A DNA stretch of 37,325 nt from the NCBI GenBank assembly GCA_001275005.1, contig JWZX01003190.1:1-37325 (forward strand), in the 5' to 3' direction. Under the pieces are notes generated by a model. That model was given only the letters and a program-made list of their open reading frames with translations. It was not told where the DNA came from and made no database searches. A program made the position numbers and the translations under genes. Positions 30,968-37,325 of the stretch are shown here, piece by piece. The number at the start of each line of letters is the position of its first letter. Position 1 is the first letter of the stretch. The DNA is from Chrysochromulina tobinii (Eukaryota).

Positions 30968-33688
30968 ATGCGGCGCGGGAACCTGGCCTTGCTGTGCGGC
31001 CTGGCGCTCCTTGCCAGGCCGCTGTGCGCGCAGCAGCCTGTGCGTGGCGTGCCACGCTCAGAGTGGGCCGCGTACACCGGCCCCACATTTGCGTGCCGTG
31101 ACGGATCGGGCTCCTTGCCCATCGCGCAGCTGAACGATGACTACTGTGACTGCACCGATGGCTCGGATGAGCCGGGCACATCGGCATGCGCCAACACGGG
31201 CGGCCGCTTCTACTGCGCCAACAAGGGCTTCAAGCCCACTTACGTGCGCGCTGGCCTCGTGGGCGACGGCATCTGCGACTGCTGCGATGGAACCGACGAG
31301 TACGCGCGCCCGGGCGCGTGCACTGATACATGCATCCAGGCGGGCGAGGCGGCGCGCGCGGTGGCGGCGGCGACGCTGAGCAGCGTGCTCGGCGGGCTCC
31401 AAAAGGCGCAGCAGTGGGAGGCCGAGGCGGCCACCAACACTGGCAAGTGGGACAGCGAGATAGCGGCCCTCAAGGTGAGCCTCATTGAGAAGAAGGCAGC
31501 GGCCGACGCCATCCAGGTCGAGAAGGCGGCGGCCGAGCTGCGCGAGAGCGAGGCGCGCAAGGAGTTTCTCGAGAAGAAGGCGGCCGAGGAGGCCGCCAAG
31601 CAGGCGGAGGAGGAGGCCAAGGCGGCGACCGCCGCTGGCGCCGGCGCCGAGATGCCCTCGGGCGCCTCTGTAGAGGACTCCGTAGAGGACTCCGTAGCGG
31701 CAGCAGCAGCAGCAGCGGCAGCAGCAGAGGCAGCAGCAGAGGGCGTCCCTCCTGCGGGCGTCGAGAGGGGCCAACCGGCAGCGCCGGCCTCAGCCGAGGG
31801 CGTTGAGGCTGCCACCGCCGCCGCCGCAGCAGCAGCAGCAGCGGCAGCAGGAGGAGCAGCAGCAGAGGGCGCCGTGGCGAGCGACCATGATTTGTCGTAC
31901 CCCTCCGTCGACCATCATCCAGACGAGGTCGGCCCCGAGGGCGAGTACCCGGCGGATGACTACATACCGCCCGAGGGCGACGCGCCGTACGGCGACGACC
32001 CTCATTTGGAGGATGCCGAGTACCGCGCGCGCTACCGTGACGATTACGGCGAGGGTGGGGAGCGGTTCGGCGGCGAGGACGAGGACGAGCATCGGCCATG
32101 GAGCGAAGGAGACGACGAGCCTAATTTGGACGACGAGCCGGGCGACGACGAGGAGGGTCGAGGGAGGCGGGCGACGTGGCACGAGGAGGACGAGCACGAG
32201 GCGGCGCAGGCCACGGAGACGGACGAGGCGGCCCCGAAGGATCCAGGTATGTGCCACGCACGTGGCCTGCGCTGCGCGCGCCGGAGGTGCACGTGGCCTG
32301 CGCGTCCCTGGCCACCGCACACACATTCCCGCCTACTCCCTTCCCAGCACACATACACACGGCGGCGGCTGCCATGGCCGCGTCGCGTCGATGAGCGCGG
32401 CCGGCACGGCGCGGTCCTTTGACCGATTTGGCACGGCGAGGTCCTTCTGTGGAAGGTCCTTCTGGGGCGGCCGTCGAGGCGGCATGGGCGCTGTGGCCAG
32501 CTGGCAATCATCTGGCGGCCAGTTGGCGGCCAGTTGGCGGGGAGGGGCGGGGGCGCGCTGGGGGAGGGCGGCGGGATCCCCACGTCGGTCCCACGCCTAG
32601 CGCCCCCCGCCAGCGCACAGAGCGTGGGATGGGGTGGCCGCGGAGGGCTGTGTCGGACCCGACTGGTGACCTACCCGCGCCCTTACCCTCTGCGTGGCCG
32701 CCCCATCCCCGTGTGCCACAGGCAGCAGCAGCAGCAGCAGCAGCAGCATCAAGAGCGACAGTGGCCGCACTGGCAGCAGCAGCAGCAGTGGCAGCGTGTG
32801 GAGCGGCATAGGTCGAGTCATGACGGGCGCAGTGAGCTTCGGCCTCAATGGTTTCAGCTGGGTGGCCAACGGCGCCAGCTGGGTCGGCAGCCTCTTCAGC
32901 AGCAAGAAGAAGAGCGGCAAATCACCGAAGCGGCCGTTCGACGACTTCTCCACCCCAGGTCGACCCACCGGCTGTGGCCATCGGCTGCAACCACCGGCTG
33001 TGGCCATCGGCTGTAACCACCGGCTGTGGCCATCGGCTGTGGGGCCTTTCTTTCGCCCGATGGGCACACCTCCCTTGTTCGCCTGCCTCCCTTCCTGATG
33101 AGGAATGTATCGCCTCTGTCCAGTTGAGCTGACGCGCCTGTCTCGTGCCTGCACCCTCCCCGCGCCTCGCCCCTCGTCGTGTGCTCCTTTCCAGAGGCCG
33201 AGGCGCTGCGCACGAAGCATCGCGAGGCGATGGACGCCATTGACGATCTCGAGCGCCAGATGCGCGAGCTCGAGAGCAAGAAGACGGTCGACTATGGGCC
33301 CAACGGTCGCTTCGAGCCGCTCTCGCGTGAGTGCTATACCTCAGCGCTCGGGGGCGAGTGGAACTACGAGATCTGCCCCTTCAAGAACGCGGCCCAAAAG
33401 GGCCAATCGGGCGGTTCGACCACCATCGGCAATTGGGAAGGCTTCGCAGATGACTACAAGACGCTCAAGTTCACCAACGGCCAGCACTGCTGGAACGGCC
33501 CGGCTCGCTCCCTGACCGTGAGCCTCGAGTGCGGCGCTGAGAGTGAGGTTCTCTCAGTGGATGAGCCTGAGGTCTGCAAGTACACGATGCGCTTCCGCAC
33601 GCCCGCCGCGTGCACGCAGGCGCAGGCCGACGCGGCGAAGACCGAGCTGGACGCACTCGCGCCCGAACGCGTGCACGATGAGCTTTGA
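30968..33688 (+). CDS. PRKCSH: Glucosidase II beta subunit (PRKCSH/GTB1), exons 30968-32246, 32722-32958 (probable), 33195-33688
   Basis: Signal peptide; LNDDYCDCTDGSDEPGTSAC and DGICDCCDGTDE (LDLa-like); coiled-coil and acidic region; MRH domain YEICPF...FTNGQHCWNGPARS...EPEVCKY..TPAAC; C-terminal HDEL; phase-1 introns. Confidence 0.93.
32965..33040 (+). repeat. 26-nt tandem repeat x3 in PRKCSH intron
   Basis: CCACCGGCTGTGGCCATCGGCTG(C/T)AA at 32965, 32991 and 33017. Confidence 0.85.
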
Positions 33689-34262
33689 AGAAAGCTACTG
33701 TCCCGCAGTGCCATCGAGGACCCCACGCACGTACGTACACCCTGTGCCCAGTCTGTCGTCCCGCCACGGCTCGCACCTTTCTGGCCCGATGGAGATCTCG
33801 CATTTCCTTTACGTAGTACTTGCCCGGCATCTGACAATTATCTGACAATCATCTGGAAGTGTCCTTCTTGTCTCGCGGCGCGGGATCATCATCGGCGTTT
33901 CCGGATAGGCCGCTTAGGGCCCGATTTAGTGAGTTCGTGACTTCGTGTACACGCGGGTGGTAGCTGGTACGCCGGTCGCGTAGACGGAACCAACGGAACG
34001 AAGGATGGATACGTGGAATCGGAAATGATATACGCGCGCGGATTCATACGCCGTCCCGTCGGCGCTCGGAACACGCGACCGCGGGACGGGCGCAAACACA
34101 CACGTCGGGACGGGATGCCGACCCTCACCCTACTGTGTATCACCGCACGCGCCATGTCACGCCCCCGCCGGTCCGCGTGTGCGATCGTCACGCACGGCCG
34201 CACTCGACAGACGACCGAGACGTACGACACCCCACCACGTCGCAGACCACTCCCAAGAACAG

Positions 34263-34506
34263 TCATCTCCCCACAATCATCTCCCCACAATCATCTCCCC
34301 ACAGTCATTGCACCGCACGAAAGGAAGACGCAGAAGCCAGGCGCCGTAACTCTTGTAATCGTACCCCAGACAGCAGGAATGCCTCATAGACCACTGTAAT
34401 CGTACCCCAGGCAGCAGGAATGCCTCATACTGTGATAGCCCACTGCCATGCCGCTGCCCACTGTGATGCCGCTGCCCACTGTAATGCATCATAGACCACT
34501 GTAATC
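34263..34506. repeat. Compound tandem repeats in intergenic/3' region
   Basis: TCATCTCCCCACAA x3 (34263-34304); ~41-nt unit TGTAATCGTACCCCAG.CAGCAGGAATGCCTCATA x2 from 34354; CCCACTG..ATGCCGCTG units. Confidence 0.75.
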
Positions 34507-34527
34507 TCCCTCCCCATCCCACGCTCT

Positions 34528-34559
34528 GGGCCGCGCGACTCGTGGGAGTCGCGCGGCCC
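34528..34559. repeat. Perfect 14-bp GC-rich hairpin
   Basis: GGGCCGCGCGACTC-GTGG-GAGTCGCGCGGCCC. Confidence 0.85.
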
Positions 34560-34603
34560 TGCCGCGTCCTCCATCTCGCCCACATCTCACCCTCACGGCA
34601 TCC

Positions 34604-37074
34604 TCACAGCCTCCTCACGGCGACATCTTGGATGCGTGCGCGACGACGTGTGTGGCACGTGGTGGTGGGAAGGGGGAGCGGCCTCGAGAGCGCCAGGCAC
34701 TCAAGCGGCAGAACATAGTCCTCCTCGGGTAATCTCCGCCAATGCGAGATCGAGTCGAGCAGCCATCTCGCGTCGAGCAGTTTGAGCGTGGGCAACAGCT
34801 TATGCGCCTGCGCCTGCCGTAACAGCTGGCGCGTGCGCTCGCAGTGGACGGAGCCCTCAGCCAGCAAGGCAGGCGGCACGAGCATGTGGGTCGAGCTGGG
34901 GAGTACCTGAGGAGGGAGGCAATCAAGTGCAATTAGTGATCATCAGATGGCAATCAAGAGCATGTGGGTCGAGCTGGGGAGCACCTGATGAGGGAGGCAA
35001 TCAAGTGCAATTAGTGATCATCAGATGGCAATCAAGAGCATGTGGGTCGAGCTGGGGAGCACCTGATGAGGGAGGCAATCCGGTAATCAGCGATGAGGAA
35101 GCACTCAGAGGTCATCAGCGATGAGGAAGCACTCAGAGGTCATCAGAGGTCGAGCTGGGGCTGATGACGAAGCACTCAGAGGTCATCAGGGGTCGAGCTG
35201 GGGCGCACCTCGGCATACACCGCAGCCCCGCACCGACGCGCGAGCTGCACCTCCGGAGGCACTACCCCATCGACAAACAGCAGAGACGAGGGGCCGACGA
35301 AGGTACAGGCCACCCCAGAGAGGAGCCTGCCGCACTGCGCTAGCAGCAGCTCGCGAACGTCTGCCGCTGGGCGCACCGGCATGAACATCTCAGTGCTGCT
35401 CGTGCTGCTCGTGCCGCTCGTGCCGCTGCTGCCGCCTGCGCCGGTACTGCCGCTGCTCGTCGACGGAGCGGCTGCGGCTGCGGCACCAGCGGGAGGCCGT
35501 GGTGCCGCCACCTCCTCGTCGCCGCCGCCGGCCATTGTCATCGCCGTCGGCAAGCACAGCTCCGCGGGCGCCTCCGCTGGCGCCGCTGCTCGTGGCGGCG
35601 GAGGCGGCGCCGCCTCCGCCGCTGCTGTCGGCGCCGCCTCCGCCAATGCGGACGAAGCGGACGTGTAGGACGCGACTTCGTACGAGCCAAGCGACGGAAC
35701 TCGGTGGAGACGCGAGGGGGCGCTGTCCTGCGGAGCGCCGTCCTGGGCGCCCGTCCACGAGGCTTGTTGGGCTGTCGACGACGCCATGAGGGGCGAGCGT
35801 GGTGCTGAGCGGCCTCCCTGGCTGAGTGCATGCGTGCCTCCCTGGCTGAGTGCATGCGTGCGCAAGGCGCTGCCTTCGCGGGACGCACGCCGGCTTACAC
35901 CGTCCTGTGGAGCGCCGCACTGGGCGCCTGAGCACGGGGCTGTGTGGGCAGTCGACGGCGCCATGATGAGCGGCGAGCGTGGTACTGAGCGCGCTGGCTG
36001 CCCGCTGCCGTTGCCGTCCACACCACCAGCGACGCCGGCTCCGGCGCCGGCTCCTGTGGAACCTGGGGAACTCTCCGCGACCGGCGAGAGGGGCTGTGGG
36101 CAATGTCGAATCCCAGCGGTGGCATTGTGCAGTGAAAATGGGGAGAGGCCGCTGGATGGGCGCACGGTCAAGCTTCGTGGCGATCGCGGCGGCCTGTCAT
36201 AGCGCTCGAAGTACGCCCGATGGATGGCCTTCAGATGCTCCGCCACGCGGGGGAGCGACACGTCTGTGGGCGCGCCTACAAATCGATCGATCAGCACCAG
36301 ATTGGGCACGTGATTCGCCCACGCGATCGGCGAGTCGTCGACGATGAGGACGAGCTCGGGCACGCAAAGCAGCCGCTGGAGCGTCTTGGTGGTGCGGTCG
36401 AGCGCAGGGTGCCATGCAAGCACCTGCCCGGGCTTGAAGATCTCATGCTTCGGGTCGAGGTAGTGCAGCGCCTGCTGTACGTACCTGCGCAGGGAAGGCG
36501 AGGCGCCATGGTGAGCACTATGCCGGGAGGGCGCGGCGCCGTGGTGAGCACTATGCCGGGAGGTTGCGGCGCCATGGTGAGCAATGGTATGCTTCGGGTG
36601 CAGCGAGGGCGGCTTGATGCACGCACTCGCGCGAGCCCATCACCTGATGAGGGTGGCAATCAGCATGCACTCAAGGGCATTCCGCATAGTCCACGCACTC
36701 GCGCGAGCCCATAGTGTACAAATGGACGCAGAAGAGGTCGGCCATCTGTCCCAGGAACTCGTGGACACCCGGGCGCAGCCGCATCTCAAACTCCACATTC
36801 TGCACGCGCAGTGTCACCTCTGTCACCCCGCCTCCCTCGGCATCCGCCGCCGCGTCGCTGCCGCCGAAGCTCACTGAGGCCAGCCCAGCAGACGACTTGT
36901 CGGCGTTGTCGCGAGCGGAGGAGGGAGCGCCACTGCCTGCGGCAGGCGCCACACCGGGCGGCAACGGACCGATTGCGGACGGCGCCACCGGTCCCGGCTC
37001 AGGCACCGGTATGGAGCTATCACTGGTGCCCTCACTATTGCTACTACATGAGCGGCTGCCGAATGACGTGGCGG

Positions 37075-37152
<78 letters not shown>

Positions 37153-37325
37153 TATCCTGCGCGCTGCTACGGCCGCCGGCAGTGCCACTGCTGCCCTCGC
37201 CGCGCGCCGCCTCGTCGGTTTCGTGAACGGCTTCAACTCCCGACTGGCCTGCGCCTGCCAGATCGCTCTCGTCGACATCGTCCTCCTCCTCCTCCTCCTC
37301 CTCCTCCTCCTCCTCCTCCTCCTCT
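34604..37325 (-). CDS. RNA polymerase II CTD phosphatase FCP1/CPL-like (FCP domain + BRCT), 5'-truncated by the window; exons >37325-36699, 36484-35209, 34906-34604
   Basis: MRLRPGVHEFL...HLYTMGSRE|YVQQALHYLDP...VLIVDDSPIAW..NLVLIDRF (FCP domain); LLSGVACTF...ARRCGA...AE|VLPSSTHML...WLLDSISHWRRLPEEDY (BRCT); the catalytic DxDxT motif is not seen and is presumably off-window. Confidence 0.85.
34907..35208 (-). other. Repeat-filled intron (302 nt)
   Basis: Begins GTGCGCCCCAGCTCGACC, copying the downstream exon start GTACTCCCCAGCTCGACC; 78-nt tandem units with further exon-start copies; CTGATGACCT and TGATTGCC motifs. Confidence 0.82.
36485..36698 (-). other. Repeat-filled intron (214 nt)
   Basis: GA|GTGCGT...CGCAG|G restores Glu-Tyr; internal 21-nt copy of the exon end plus donor (36620-36640 = 36692-36712); three (G/T)TGCTCACCA(C/T)GGCGCC units. 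Confidence 0.85.
37076..37150 (-). repeat. CAG microsatellite encoding ~25 Gln; a GAG/poly-Glu run follows at 37281-37325
   Basis: (CTG)n on the plus strand with one TTG interruption, in frame with the FCP1-like ORF. Confidence 0.9.

Noticed and set aside
34263..34506. Repeats resembling a CRISPR array or telomere
   Set aside because: These are adjacent tandem units of differing length without spacers, and they are not TTAGGG-like.
36714..37226. ORF with a poly-Cys tract
   Set aside because: It is the antisense reading of the CAG/poly-Gln tract in the FCP1-like gene.

Overview
Gene-dense, GC-rich eukaryotic genomic DNA with spliceosomal GT-AG introns. It is probably from a haptophyte alga (Chrysochromulina-like); this is an inference from composition and gene style, not a database result. 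About 17 protein-coding genes are recognisable: A20/AN1 zinc-finger protein, TcdA/ThiF-family enzyme, bestrophin-like channel, MESD-like chaperone, a bacterial-looking membrane protein, an IQ coiled-coil protein, a GT4-like/WSC protein, RPL38, a METTL21-type methyltransferase, an orphan, a WD40 protein, an OGFOD3-like 2OG-Fe(II) oxygenase, an Orai-like/PH fusion, an unknown 603-aa protein, COPB1, glucosidase II beta and a partial FCP1/CPL phosphatase. A cluster of MITE-like elements lies at 7.9-9.4 kb. Two things stand out. (1) The WD40 gene is built from one 129-nt phase-1 exon per repeat, with near-identical introns and hypervariable surface codons, resembling a diversifying recognition receptor. 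(2) Six introns in five unrelated genes duplicate their own exon flanks and are filled with related short repeats (CTGATGAC, TGATTGC, GTGCTCACCA). One antisense, unspliced copy of that repeat sits inside an exon, which hints at an active intron-generating process. Exon joins were read by eye and need RNA confirmation.
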